Source of the DNA: a virus
Strand: one strand, 5' to 3'
Virus record (IMG/VR): IMGVR_UViG_3300045988_028050
Coordinates: 1-40,250 of that record
DNA length: 40,250 bases
Part shown: piece after piece, positions 17,808 to 26,321 of the stretch
Position numbering within the stretch: the stretch's first letter is position 1
Layout of the letters: every line of letters begins with the position of its first letter
Notes under the pieces: generated by a model
Seen by the model: only the letters and a program-made list of their open reading frames with translations
What the model was told of the DNA's origin: nothing
The model's database searches: none
Position numbers and translations under genes: made by a program

Positions 17808-17930
17808 CAGGCCGGTGTCCTCGTAGGCGGCAAGGCGGCTCCACGCCGCTGGCCTCGGTTTCGCGGTTCTTGGTCTGTGCGATACTCCAATGTGTGCAGG
17901 GGGCTTCCGCCGATCAGTATTTTCATTCCA

Positions 17931-18206
17931 TCAATCTCCAAACACCACGCCGCACTCGTCCTTCAGCACGTCCTTGATGTGCTTCCGCTTGATGCGGCCC
18001 TCGTTTATCTCCTCTGCCAGTTTTTCCAGGCACTCGTACAGATACGCGATGCTCTGCGTGTCCCGGCTGTCCGATGTCTCCTCAAAGACGTGCCAGCCGC
18101 ATTTGTCCATCAGCACCATCGCCACCATGTCCATGTTCTCCCGTGTGCCTTGCAGTTTGCCACGCATAAAGATGCGGTCATACCTGCTCAAATGCTGCTT
18201 GCCCAT
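17931..18206 (-). CDS. Hypothetical protein, 91 aa
   Basis: ORF track; operon context. Confidence 0.5.
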   Translation of the reverse strand: MGKQHLSRYDRIFMRGKLQGTRENMDMVAMVLMDKCGWHVFEETSDSRDTQSIAYLYECLEKLAEEINEGRIKRKHIKDVLKDECGVVFGD

Positions 18207-18207
18207 G

Positions 18208-19281
18208 TCAATACCTCACTCCGATATAGTCCAGCACCCGCGCATAACCGAGGCCGTCTTTCGTGGGCTTCCACAGCGCATCCGTGTCGAACGCCCCACC
18301 GCCGATGCAGAACTGGTAGTGCTTCGGGTGTGTCAGTTTCATGCGTTCAAAGCGGTTGACGCCTTTTTCCAAGTGCGCACCGAACGCGCAGAACATACAC
18401 CCTGTGCGTTGGCAGCCCGTGCAGTGCAGATTGCAGTCGATCAGCGTCGCGCCGTAGTCATTCTCGCCGTCGCTGGCTACGATGTCGCCGTACACGCTGG
18501 CGTAGGGCAGTTGGTGGTCTACGATGAAGCGAAGCACATCCTGCTCCGTCCAGAAACTCATGGGCTTGCTCATCGGTCGCTTTCCCTCAAAGGCGTTGCA
18601 GCCGGTGGCAGTCCACTTAATCATCCGAAGCCGACTTTCTTCCGCCATTATCGCGGTAGTTGGCACACGCTTTTCTTGATGCTCGTATCTGTGCATAGGC
18701 GATTTTTTCATAACCTTGCAGCACGAATCGGAAATTAAAAACGGCGCAGGGAGTAAAAACGCCCATTGTTCGCAGTTATACGGCGATTTTCCCCCGTCCT
18801 TGTCTAAATACTCGCCACGCAACCTTTGTGCAGATTTTCCGGCGGGGTTTATTCTCGCGTTCCCGATATACGCCGACACTTCTTTGCTCACAATGCTGTA
18901 CCCGTACTTCGTCACCACCTGCCGAATGTTCATCTTCGGGCGTAGACGGTGAAGGTTTACGGTCACGCGGGGAAACTCCCTCCGCAGCCAGTCGGCGTAC
19001 TCATTGACAAACTTCTGTATCTCAGGGTACTCCAGCCCAGTGTTCACAAAAACCAAATTCAACTCCCACGGAGGTGTCCTGAAACTCGACAGGTACCGCG
19101 CCGCCAGATACGCCAGCACCGTGCTGTCCTTTCCGCCGGAGAAACTGACATAGCACCTTCCGCCCCATGCGGTGTACCACTCGTCCAACTTTTCGTAGGT
19201 CAGTATCTCTTTGTCCTGCACGTCCAGCGCCATCAGTTTCCTTGCCGCCTCATTCGTCAGCGGCTGATTTGTGCGCTCCAC
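18208..19281 (-). CDS. PAPS-reductase / DndC-like PP-loop protein with a C-terminal Cys cluster
   Basis: PP-loop SFSGGKDS. C-terminal CTGCQRTGCMFCAF. Start refined to GTG 19281, 6 nt after GGAGGTG and directly after the methyltransferase TGA. Confidence 0.8.
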   Translation of the reverse strand: MERTNQPLTNEAARKLMALDVQDKEILTYEKLDEWYTAWGGRCYVSFSGGKDSTVLAYLAARYLSSFRTPPWELNLVFVNTGLEYPEIQKFVNEYADWLRREFPRVTVNLHRLRPKMNIRQVVTKYGYSIVSKEVSAYIGNARINPAGKSAQRLRGEYLDKDGGKSPYNCEQWAFLLPAPFLISDSCCKVMKKSPMHRYEHQEKRVPTTAIMAEESRLRMIKWTATGCNAFEGKRPMSKPMSFWTEQDVLRFIVDHQLPYASVYGDIVASDGENDYGATLIDCNLHCTGCQRTGCMFCAFGAHLEKGVNRFERMKLTHPKHYQFCIGGGAFDTDALWKPTKDGLGYARVLDYIGVRY

Positions 19282-19282
19282 G

Positions 19283-20086
19283 TCACACCTCCAGTGAAAT
19301 TTGCCCATCGTCACTACAGGCGAGCATTTCTTCCTGAGCTTTTTTGCAAAAATCGCGGCTAATTTCGAACCCATATCCACGTCTGCCGGTTTCCATGCAC
19401 GCCCTCAATGTTGACCCGCTACCTGCGCATGGGTCTATTACAACATCACCCGGATCTGTAAAAATCTCAATAAGCCGCTTCAACACCTTTACAGGCTTTT
19501 GCGTTGGATGAATTTTCGGAATCTCTCTCCCGTCTCGTTCCCATTGAAACCAGTCAAAAACCATTTTCCCAGTTCCTCTAATTGGCTTCCCGTTTTCCCC
19601 AATCTCGCGGCCATTGTTGAACTTTGGCAATTTATCCCGGTACAAAACAACGGCAAACTCCGTGGCGCCAACTATTCTCATATTCGCCTTAAGTACCTGC
19701 GCCGAATAGTTTTTACAGAAAAACAGAGGGAACCAATTTTTGAAACCATAACGTGCGCCGTACTCGGCGACGGCCTGTATTTGTTCAAACGCGCAAAACA
19801 CAATCATGGCCGGCGCTTTCCCCTTTTCCTTCGGCTCAGGTTTTAACAAGCGAGAGCAAAAGTGCATGTACTCCGCGATTTTGAAATACCCGTCAGAATT
19901 AAAAAACCGTTTTTTTGCAAACTTGCTTTCACCGTTTGCGTTGTCTCCGCCGTTATACCACATCGGATTGCTACCGTAAGCGTCCGTGCCAATGTTATAC
20001 GGGATATCTGCAATAACAAGCTGCGCCTTTGGTATTCCGTACTTCTTAAAGTTCTGAAAGTTATCATTAAACAGCTGAACTTTCAC
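19283..20086 (-). CDS. DNA methyltransferase (N6/N4 family, beta-type motif order)
   Basis: Motif IV ADIPYN near the N-terminus and the AdoMet motif VIDPCAGSGST near the C-terminus. Confidence 0.85.
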   Translation of the reverse strand: MKVQLFNDNFQNFKKYGIPKAQLVIADIPYNIGTDAYGSNPMWYNGGDNANGESKFAKKRFFNSDGYFKIAEYMHFCSRLLKPEPKEKGKAPAMIVFCAFEQIQAVAEYGARYGFKNWFPLFFCKNYSAQVLKANMRIVGATEFAVVLYRDKLPKFNNGREIGENGKPIRGTGKMVFDWFQWERDGREIPKIHPTQKPVKVLKRLIEIFTDPGDVVIDPCAGSGSTLRACMETGRRGYGFEISRDFCKKAQEEMLACSDDGQISLEV

Positions 20087-20089
20087 GCT

Positions 20090-20530
20090 TCACACCTCCC
20101 GTATAGCAAACCCGTACCTACTGCGGAACAGCTTTGCTTTCATGGCATACTCGCGGGTACGCATCCCCTTTACGTCCTCCACCACCGGCAACCAATACCG
20201 CTGGCCGTAGCTGTCAGGAGCCGTTCTGCGCTCGTACACGAAGTCTGCGATGTAGTCGATGCTTTTCACCTTGTCGCCATCAAACGTCGTGTACGCCTCT
20301 TGCAAGCAGTACCGCACCTGCAATTTCAGCCCACGTATCTCCCCGGCCTTTTGCAGCAGCATCAGCGCGTCATAGCGCTCCGCCTCCTTCTTGCTGTCAA
20401 AGGTAAGCTTGCCGCGCTTTGTCTTCTGCGCCTTGTATTTGCTTCTCTTTTCTTCCGTTTGCAAATTCTGCAAAATCTGCTTCTGCGCCGCAGGACTAAG
20501 CCGCGCCAGATCGTCACTTTTCAAGCCCAT
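20090..20530 (-). CDS. DUF1064-family protein
   Basis: FDSKKEAERYDALMLLQKAGEIRGLKLQ and the YIADFVY pattern match DUF1064 as I recall it. Confidence 0.7.
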   Translation of the reverse strand: MGLKSDDLARLSPAAQKQILQNLQTEEKRSKYKAQKTKRGKLTFDSKKEAERYDALMLLQKAGEIRGLKLQVRYCLQEAYTTFDGDKVKSIDYIADFVYERRTAPDSYGQRYWLPVVEDVKGMRTREYAMKAKLFRSRYGFAIREV

Positions 20531-20732
20531 TCTCCAGTCCTCTTTTCTCCAATCCTCGTTTGTTCATCGTGTACCGCAGCCTTGCGGTCTGCTTCTTCTG
20601 CTCACCGCAGCGGTCGCAGGTGCCGGGTGCCCAGATATACGGGTCGGGGGCAAATATGTACTCCATCCACATAGCCCGCACGCAGTCGGCGCACAGCCTG
20701 CCGGACGCGATCTCCCATGCGCCGTCGTTCAT
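20514..20732 (-). CDS. Small zinc-ribbon protein, 72 aa
   Basis: Start refined to ATG 20732 (ATGA overlap with the loader gene). CADC...CDRCG. Confidence 0.5.
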   Translation of the reverse strand: MNDGAWEIASGRLCADCVRAMWMEYIFAPDPYIWAPGTCDRCGEQKKQTARLRYTMNKRGLEKRGLENGLEK

Positions 20733-21454
20733 CTCAGCCTCCAGTTCTTCCCGCTGCCCGTCACGCTCATGGTAAAGCCCTTTGACCGCTCCGCAATGCG
20801 GGATCCTATCGCCTCGTCCCAGTCCAATATCTGGCCTATCGTCCGCTCGGAGCTGATGATCGTAGCGCACTCCGGCTTTATGTACCGTGCGTTGAGTATT
20901 TCAAACGCAATGTTCCGGTCGGCCTCCGTCACGTTGCCCTTGAGAAAGTCGTCGATGTAAAGCACGCGGATGGTTTTTAGTTTACCTACAGCATCGGCGT
21001 ACAGCTCCGCATCGTTTACCTTTGCCTTGATGGAAGGAATGTCCGCCCGCCACTGCATGTACCGCACCGGCAAGCCTGCCTCCATCAGCTTCCCGCAGAT
21101 TGCCGTGCACAGATGCGTCTTGCCGCTGCCGGGGTTCCCGCCAGCATAGAACCACTTCCCGCGCCAGTCCGTGATATACGCCTCTGCCATCTGCTTGGCC
21201 TGCTTCTGCCAAGTCTCCGCCGTCTGGTACGTCTCCAGCGTACAGCTTTCCAGCAGTCCGGCAAGCCCGCTTCGTTCAATGCGCCGCTGGTTGTCCTTGC
21301 GTATATGGCAAGGGCAGCTCCGGGTCATAAGCTCCCCGGTAACACTGCGTGTGACCGTATAACCCCTGTCCTCGCAGTCCGGGCACTCAAAGTACGACTT
21401 CTCCGGGGATATTCCATTTTTTCGCAGATTCTCCAGCACTGCCGTTACATCCAC
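20729..21454 (-). CDS. DnaC/IstB-like AAA+ helicase loader
   Basis: Walker A GNPGSGKTHL and Walker B VLYIDDF. N-terminal Cys4. Confidence 0.85.
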   Translation of the reverse strand: MDVTAVLENLRKNGISPEKSYFECPDCEDRGYTVTRSVTGELMTRSCPCHIRKDNQRRIERSGLAGLLESCTLETYQTAETWQKQAKQMAEAYITDWRGKWFYAGGNPGSGKTHLCTAICGKLMEAGLPVRYMQWRADIPSIKAKVNDAELYADAVGKLKTIRVLYIDDFLKGNVTEADRNIAFEILNARYIKPECATIISSERTIGQILDWDEAIGSRIAERSKGFTMSVTGSGKNWRLR

Positions 21455-22022
21455 CTCCGTGTTCCTCCTTCCATCTCGTCTCCCAGCTCCGCACAGCGGC
21501 TTTCCAGTCCTTCATGTGGTTCTTGCCTACCATCCAGCCCTTTTGCTCGTAAAAGGCCACAAAGCGCTCTGCGTTGACGTGGTAGCCCTGCGCCTTCACA
21601 TAGGCAGACACATCATCAGCGGATGGCTGTGTGAAGCGCGCCGCGCGTGTATCACTCACACCGTTAGGTGGGAGTGAATTATCTTTGGTTTTGTCTTTGG
21701 TTTTGTCTTTGGTTTGGTACGTTTCGTATACGGTCGTATTCGTTCGTATACCATCGTATACGGTCGTACCCTCCTGCCGTGCATATCGTTTCTCTATGTT
21801 GCGCTGGTTCTTTGCGCATCTCTCGTCATACGCTGCTTTCGCCCTGTTTATATCGTCCGCAATAAAATCGAATGCGATCGACTCCCGTCCCGTAAGTTCC
21901 TCCGTCTCTCCGGTCTCGCCATATTCCAGCAAAGACCGTACAAGCCGACCTACCTCTTGATCTGAAAGTTTCTCTAATTTCTTGCGATAACTGTAATAAA
22001 AGGGAATGTACTCAAGAGCCAC
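21387..22022 (-). CDS. Replisome organiser / DnaD-like replication protein
   Basis: N-terminus YIPFYYSYRKKLEKLSDQEVGRLVRSLLEYGETGE is typical of phage replication organisers. Lies upstream of the loader and contains iterons. Confidence 0.65.
   Translation of the reverse strand: MALEYIPFYYSYRKKLEKLSDQEVGRLVRSLLEYGETGETEELTGRESIAFDFIADDINRAKAAYDERCAKNQRNIEKRYARQEGTTVYDGIRTNTTVYETYQTKDKTKDKTKDNSLPPNGVSDTRAARFTQPSADDVSAYVKAQGYHVNAERFVAFYEQKGWMVGKNHMKDWKAAVRSWETRWKEEHGGGCNGSAGESAKKWNIPGEVVL
21683..21770. repeat. Iteron cluster (candidate origin of replication) inside the organiser gene
   Basis: Three tandem 12-mers CTTTGGTTTTGT (21683-21718, the third imperfect). TCGTATACGGTCGTA occurs at 21724 and again at 21754, with a partial copy TCGTATACC at 21744. 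Confidence 0.65.
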
Positions 22023-22035
22023 TATGCGCCACCTC

Positions 22036-22350
22036 TCACTCCTTCGGCGATACGCCTATGACGTACACCCCGCGCTCCTTGTCCAACCACACATCGCCCG
22101 TGTAGTTCTCCAGTGCCTTACTCACAAGGTCGGCGGGTACCTCCAGATGCCAGCCCCACAGCGTGTCGCAGTCCTCCCGCTTCTCTCCGAAGGTAATGGC
22201 GCAAGCCACATAGTGCGCCGTGATTGCCTTCCTGTAGTCCTGCACGGCACCGGTCAACTCTGACAGGTGCTGCCGCTGCCGCTGTATGATGGTCTGTAGG
22301 TGCGTGTTCTGCCGCCGCAGCGCCTTGATCTCGTCCTGCATCTTGCCCAT
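22036..22350 (-). CDS. Hypothetical protein, 104 aa
   Basis: ORF track; RBS AAAGGGGGTGG. Confidence 0.55.
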   Translation of the reverse strand: MGKMQDEIKALRRQNTHLQTIIQRQRQHLSELTGAVQDYRKAITAHYVACAITFGEKREDCDTLWGWHLEVPADLVSKALENYTGDVWLDKERGVYVIGVSPKE

Positions 22351-22364
22351 TCACGCCACCCCCT

Positions 22365-22760
22365 TTAGAACGGCAAATCGCTGTCGTCCTCGTCCATCTC
22401 CACGAACTGGCTCTTGCCGTCCGTCCGGGGCGGCATACCCTGCGCGTCCTCGTTCTTGCCGCAGAAATGTACCCGATCAACGGTCATCTCCGTCACACTG
22501 CGGTCATTGCCGTTTTTGTCCTGGTATTCGCGGGTGGCCAGCTTGCCCTCCACCAGGATTTCCTTGCCCTTGTACCAGTATTTGCAGATCAGCTCCGCCG
22601 TGCCCTGCCACGCCACGCAGTTCAGAAACAGCTTCGTCTCCCGGTCTTTGATGGTCTCGCTCCACGCCACGCGGAAGCTGCACACCGCCGTACCATTGTT
22701 GGTTCTCCGCATCTCAGGATCCGCACAAAGACGTCCCTGCAAAATCATTCTGTTTACCAT
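22365..22760 (-). CDS. ssb: Single-stranded DNA-binding protein
   Basis: OB-fold N-terminus (MILQGRLCADPEMRRT..G) and an acidic tail ending DEDDSDLPF. Confidence 0.93.
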   Translation of the reverse strand: MVNRMILQGRLCADPEMRRTNNGTAVCSFRVAWSETIKDRETKLFLNCVAWQGTAELICKYWYKGKEILVEGKLATREYQDKNGNDRSVTEMTVDRVHFCGKNEDAQGMPPRTDGKSQFVEMDEDDSDLPF

Positions 22761-22771
22761 ATCAAATCTCC

Positions 22772-23050
22772 TTACAAATATGATTTCCCAAATTCTCGCC
22801 GGAAGTCCTCTTCCGTCCAGCCCTGTTCCCGCATGGCCTTAAGCTGTCCGTACCGCCGCAATATACGCATCTGATCGCCGTTGCGGTGTACGGCTGTCTT
22901 TCCGTTCCTGTGGCACCTGTTGCCGCACAGGTACACAACAAGGCCGTATTTCTCGCTTTTCTTGCGGTTCGCGCCGCCCAGCAGATGATGCTTCTCCAAC
23001 GGATCGCTTGGGTCATTCCTGCCGCACAGGAAGCACCGCTTGTCCTCCAT
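22772..23050 (-). CDS. HNH-like zinc-binding protein
   Basis: CFLCGR...LEKHHLLGGANRKKSEKYGLVVYLCGNRCH. Confidence 0.55.
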   Translation of the reverse strand: MEDKRCFLCGRNDPSDPLEKHHLLGGANRKKSEKYGLVVYLCGNRCHRNGKTAVHRNGDQMRILRRYGQLKAMREQGWTEEDFRREFGKSYL

Positions 23051-23249
23051 TCCTTACCTCCGTCCCGTCCCATTCGTATTCAGGGCAGCGGTGGATAGCG
23101 TAGCTGTGCATGCAGTACTTGCCTCCGCCGCTCCCGTGACACTTTACCGTCGGTGTTGCGTCCCATCCGGGCACCGGTTCTGGATTCTTTTTCGTCCAGC
23201 TGCACCCGCCGTAACACTTCTTGCATGTCCAACATGGCTGCATGTTCAT
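23013..23249 (-). CDS. Cys-rich small protein, 78 aa
   Basis: ATG 23249 overlaps the upstream TGA (ATGA). CWTCKKCYGGC. Confidence 0.45.
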   Translation of the reverse strand: MNMQPCWTCKKCYGGCSWTKKNPEPVPGWDATPTVKCHGSGGGKYCMHSYAIHRCPEYEWDGTEVRNGGQAVLPVRQE

Positions 23250-23776
23250 CCGCTCACCTCTCCCCACCGGCTCACCAGCGCGTCCAGCTCTGCCGGTGTC
23301 ATAGTCTCAATTCCCGCGGCCTTACAGTCCTGCACAATGGTATCTATCAGCCGGGACATTTGCTCTGTATCATAGGTGCTGCTGCCATACCATACCGTTA
23401 CGGTCACGCAGCCCTTTAGCTTGCTGGGAAACGTCTCTGCCATCCAGCCGATACCGTTCCGTTCCCAGCTCCGGCAGAACGCATCCGCCGCCTTTTCCCG
23501 CAGGCATAGCACATCGCTCACACCTCCGATGTTCCGTATCTCCTGCCGGTACACCTCCTGTTTGGAGATGCCGTAGTGTGCCGCCAGCCTGTCCAGCAAT
23601 ACCCAGCAATAGGCGTTGGCATCCAGGCTACGCTTCTTCCGGTACTTCTTAACGGCAACGTCCACGTCGCATTCGTGCAGTTCGTCAAACAGGCCGCCCA
23701 CATTCTCGTTGGTGCGGATGGTCAGCAGCCAGCCGCCGTCACGGGCAACGGCCAGGTCGTGGAGCCTAGCCCGCAT
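23246..23776 (-). CDS. NinB/Orf-like recombination mediator (tentative)
   Basis: KKRSLDANAYCWVLLDRLA resembles the lambda NinB RSLDQNRKLWACLGDV motif. Sits next to the annealase. Confidence 0.4.
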   Translation of the reverse strand: MRARLHDLAVARDGGWLLTIRTNENVGGLFDELHECDVDVAVKKYRKKRSLDANAYCWVLLDRLAAHYGISKQEVYRQEIRNIGGVSDVLCLREKAADAFCRSWERNGIGWMAETFPSKLKGCVTVTVWYGSSTYDTEQMSRLIDTIVQDCKAAGIETMTPAELDALVSRWGEVSG

Positions 23777-24410
23777 TTTTCTCTGCCGCTCTCATACACT
23801 TGATACACAAAGGACGCTGGAATTTGATCTGTGTATACTTGCTGATATCGGCAGCCTCCCACACTTCGCCGCTTCCGTTCTTGGCGCTCTTGATCTTCCC
23901 GCCGCAGTCTGCGCAGTCCAGAGTGGCCGCGATCTCTGGTGTAGGGTCAAGACGTGCGTTGTCTCGCCCCCTGTCGGTTCCTGTGTACTTGGTGGCATCC
24001 GCCGCCCAATAGATGTCCGCGCCAAAGCCCAGCGCCTTGCATGCCACGGAGATAGCATCCGTCAGTGCCATCTTAAAGCACTCGTCAGAGGTGTACAGGC
24101 CGTTTTTCTCCCGCGCCACAAACGCGCTGCCGCCGGTGCCAGGTATAGCTTCCGACCATGCGCCGTCCACCTTCACAAACAGGTCAATGTCCAGAAACGC
24201 AGCCACTTCACCGTTTGCGCCATGTTCCAGCCGCTTGTCTGTGACGATGTACTTCCAGCCAATGCCGCAGGGTCCGAACTGCTCCGTCAGGGTTTTCAGC
24301 CGCCACATGGGGTTGATGTCCGTCTTGCCCTTCAAGCGGCCTGCCCCGATCTGCCTTTTGGCGCTGTCCGGTACGCTTCGCACCGCGTTATAGATAGCCA
24401 GGTTCTCCAT
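23766..24410 (-). CDS. Rad52/Sak-type single-strand annealing protein with a C-terminal zinc ribbon (tentative)
   Basis: Motifs INPMWRLKTLTEQFGPCGIGW and MALTDAISVACKALGFGADIYW. Lies between Gp157 and the NinB-like gene, with SSB downstream. Confidence 0.55.
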   Translation of the reverse strand: MENLAIYNAVRSVPDSAKRQIGAGRLKGKTDINPMWRLKTLTEQFGPCGIGWKYIVTDKRLEHGANGEVAAFLDIDLFVKVDGAWSEAIPGTGGSAFVAREKNGLYTSDECFKMALTDAISVACKALGFGADIYWAADATKYTGTDRGRDNARLDPTPEIAATLDCADCGGKIKSAKNGSGEVWEAADISKYTQIKFQRPLCIKCMRAAEKNAG

Positions 24411-24901
24411 CACTTCACCCCCATGTTCATCCGCTCGGCGATCTCCGCACCGTCCACCGCAACGCCGGCTTTCAGCAGCGGTGCAATGTCGCTCTTGGAT
24501 ACCGTGGGCGCTGCATACGTCACCTTGCCGTCATAGCCGTTGTCCATGCACCACCGCACCAGCTCTTCCATGTTGGTGATCTCTACCGCCGTGCTCTTGC
24601 GGTAGGTCACTGAACACTTTGCCGTCTGGGAGGGATGCCCGTCCAGCGCCCGGTCAACGTAGTCCCGCAGCCGGTCGCGCTTGCGCTCCATCGTGCGGCG
24701 GCGCTCCGCCAATTCCTTTTCCTCGTCCCGGATGGCCTTTGCCTCTGCGTCCAGGCTCTTAGACCAGCACACCATGTTCTCGATCTTGTGCTCCCTGTCC
24801 ATCTGCAGCTGCTCGAAAGCATCGTAGTCCAGCAGCTCACCGGTCTCCGGGTCGATCAGCGCCTCCAGCGCCTGGTCAATGTGGTATAAACTCAAGCTCA
24901 T
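24410..24901 (-). CDS. Siphovirus Gp157-family protein
   Basis: Start refined to ATG 24901 (ATGA overlap). MSLSLYHIDQALEALIDPETGELLDYDAFEQL plus a coiled coil, typical of Gp157. Confidence 0.65.
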   Translation of the reverse strand: MSLSLYHIDQALEALIDPETGELLDYDAFEQLQMDREHKIENMVCWSKSLDAEAKAIRDEEKELAERRRTMERKRDRLRDYVDRALDGHPSQTAKCSVTYRKSTAVEITNMEELVRWCMDNGYDGKVTYAAPTVSKSDIAPLLKAGVAVDGAEIAERMNMGVK

Positions 24902-25077
24902 TTCTTTTCCTCCCATGCGTCTACCGTTCGGATGCACACATCGCATCCCACGGTTTCGCCGTATATGTTCTTGTACAGGGTATCTGTTTCCTCGCCGCAT
25001 ACCGGGCAGCGCGGCACCTTGTAATCTTTCGGTTCTGCCGGCCTTTCCGGCTCCCAGTATTCCATTACGCTTCTCAT
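24898..25077 (-). CDS. Small zinc-ribbon protein, 59 aa
   Basis: ATG 25077 (ATGA overlap). CPVCG...CDVC. Confidence 0.5.
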   Translation of the reverse strand: MRSVMEYWEPERPAEPKDYKVPRCPVCGEETDTLYKNIYGETVGCDVCIRTVDAWEEKK

Positions 25078-25592
25078 ACCGGCCTCCCAGCCGCTTTCAG
25101 CACGTCCCGCATAGGCTTCCGCGCCTTTAGGATAGACATGGCCCGCGCCGTCTCCCGCCTGTATTGCCGCCACAGGTCGCTCAGCTCGTCGCTCTGGTAG
25201 TACCCGTCCCCGTCGTTGCAGATCATCACGCCTTGCTTCTTGGCTTCCGCCACGGCCTTCCGCATCTTCCGGTCGGTGGTGTGCAGCGCCGCCGCCAGAT
25301 CCTCCCGGCTGATGGCATTCCTGCGCCCGCTGGGTATCAGACCGGCGATCCGCTCAGTCTCCGCTGTCCGCTGGGGAATGTCGGCTTTCTCGTCCTCACC
25401 GAACAGATACGCCCTGCTTGTCCGCAGCGCCGCCTCCAGGGCTGTCATGACCTCCTCTGTTGGCAGGCACGCGCCGTTTTCAAACCGGCTCACCATGCTT
25501 ACGTCCATCCGTGGGTCTGTCAGCTTCAGAATGCCGCTAACCTCCTCCTGCGTCAGCCCCAGCTCCAACCGCCGTTCTTTCAGTCTGTTCAT
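25074..25592 (-). CDS. XRE-family HTH protein with an additional C-terminal domain
   Basis: Start refined to ATG 25592 (ATGA overlap, GGAGTGGAG RBS). LKERRLELGLTQEEVS...VSRFENG. Confidence 0.7.
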   Translation of the reverse strand: MNRLKERRLELGLTQEEVSGILKLTDPRMDVSMVSRFENGACLPTEEVMTALEAALRTSRAYLFGEDEKADIPQRTAETERIAGLIPSGRRNAISREDLAAALHTTDRKMRKAVAEAKKQGVMICNDGDGYYQSDELSDLWRQYRRETARAMSILKARKPMRDVLKAAGRPV

Positions 25593-25807
25593 CGTCTCCA
25601 CTCCTTTCCGATTTTCCTCCGCATTGCCTGCTCCAAGCTGCGCCACTTCCCGGCCTCTACAATGTTGGTATCCTGCACCGCCTTTGCCACGCGCTCATAC
25701 TCTGCGTTCCGCTGCGCTTCGTACCTTGCCCACGCCGCGCAGCTCCCGTGGCACCCGACCTCGCGCCGGTCGCACCGCACCCCGCAGGGCGGCACAATCA
25801 TACTCAT
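25589..25807 (-). CDS. Cys-rich small protein, 72 aa
   Basis: ATG 25807 (ATGA overlap). CGVRCDRREVGCHGSC. Confidence 0.5.
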   Translation of the reverse strand: MSMIVPPCGVRCDRREVGCHGSCAAWARYEAQRNAEYERVAKAVQDTNIVEAGKWRSLEQAMRRKIGKEWRR

Positions 25808-26202
25808 TCCCACTTCACCAGCGCTTTCACCACGCCGGCCTGTGCCGCGTCCTCGTGGCTCATCAGCACATCCACCGTGTAGCCGTACACACCGGTATCG
25901 GCTGCTATGTAAGTCTTACCGCCCAGCGTCACGGTGCTGCCCAGCGGAATGACGTCCGGGTCTACCGCCACCGCCTCGCCGATGCGCGCCCACCGTCCGG
26001 AGGCCGTCAGCACCTTGCCGTCCCGCTGGTTCATGTGGGCGTAAGGTGTGCAGCAGGCGCAGTACCCGGTGATGTCGCACACGATCAGGTTCTCCGCCTC
26101 CCCGGCCACCGGCACCTCTGTCACGACCGGCTCCGCTGTGTGCTCCGGCTCGCCCTCCACCTCCGGCAGCGTCAGGCACCACGCCAGAAACGCCAGCAGC
26201 AT
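25804..26202 (-). CDS. 3D-domain (RlpA/MltA-like double-psi barrel) cell-wall protein; the N-terminal signal anchor is interrupted by an in-frame TAG (see finding)
   Basis: TGYCACCTPYAHM..TASG...IAVDPDVIPLGSTV..YIAADTG..VDV is the 3D-domain pattern. The RBS-supported ATG is at 26301, upstream of the TAG at 26206-26208. Confidence 0.7.
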   Translation of the reverse strand: MLLAFLAWCLTLPEVEGEPEHTAEPVVTEVPVAGEAENLIVCDITGYCACCTPYAHMNQRDGKVLTASGRWARIGEAVAVDPDVIPLGSTVTLGGKTYIAADTGVYGYTVDVLMSHEDAAQAGVVKALVKWE

Positions 26203-26321
26203 CGCCTACAGGATCAGCGCCACCACCCACAGCCGCCTGCACCATCTTCTGGTGCGGCATAGCAGGGAGTATTCCCGCGCCCGCCTGTTCCGCTCTCTCA
26301 TACCCGTTACCTCCATGCGGC

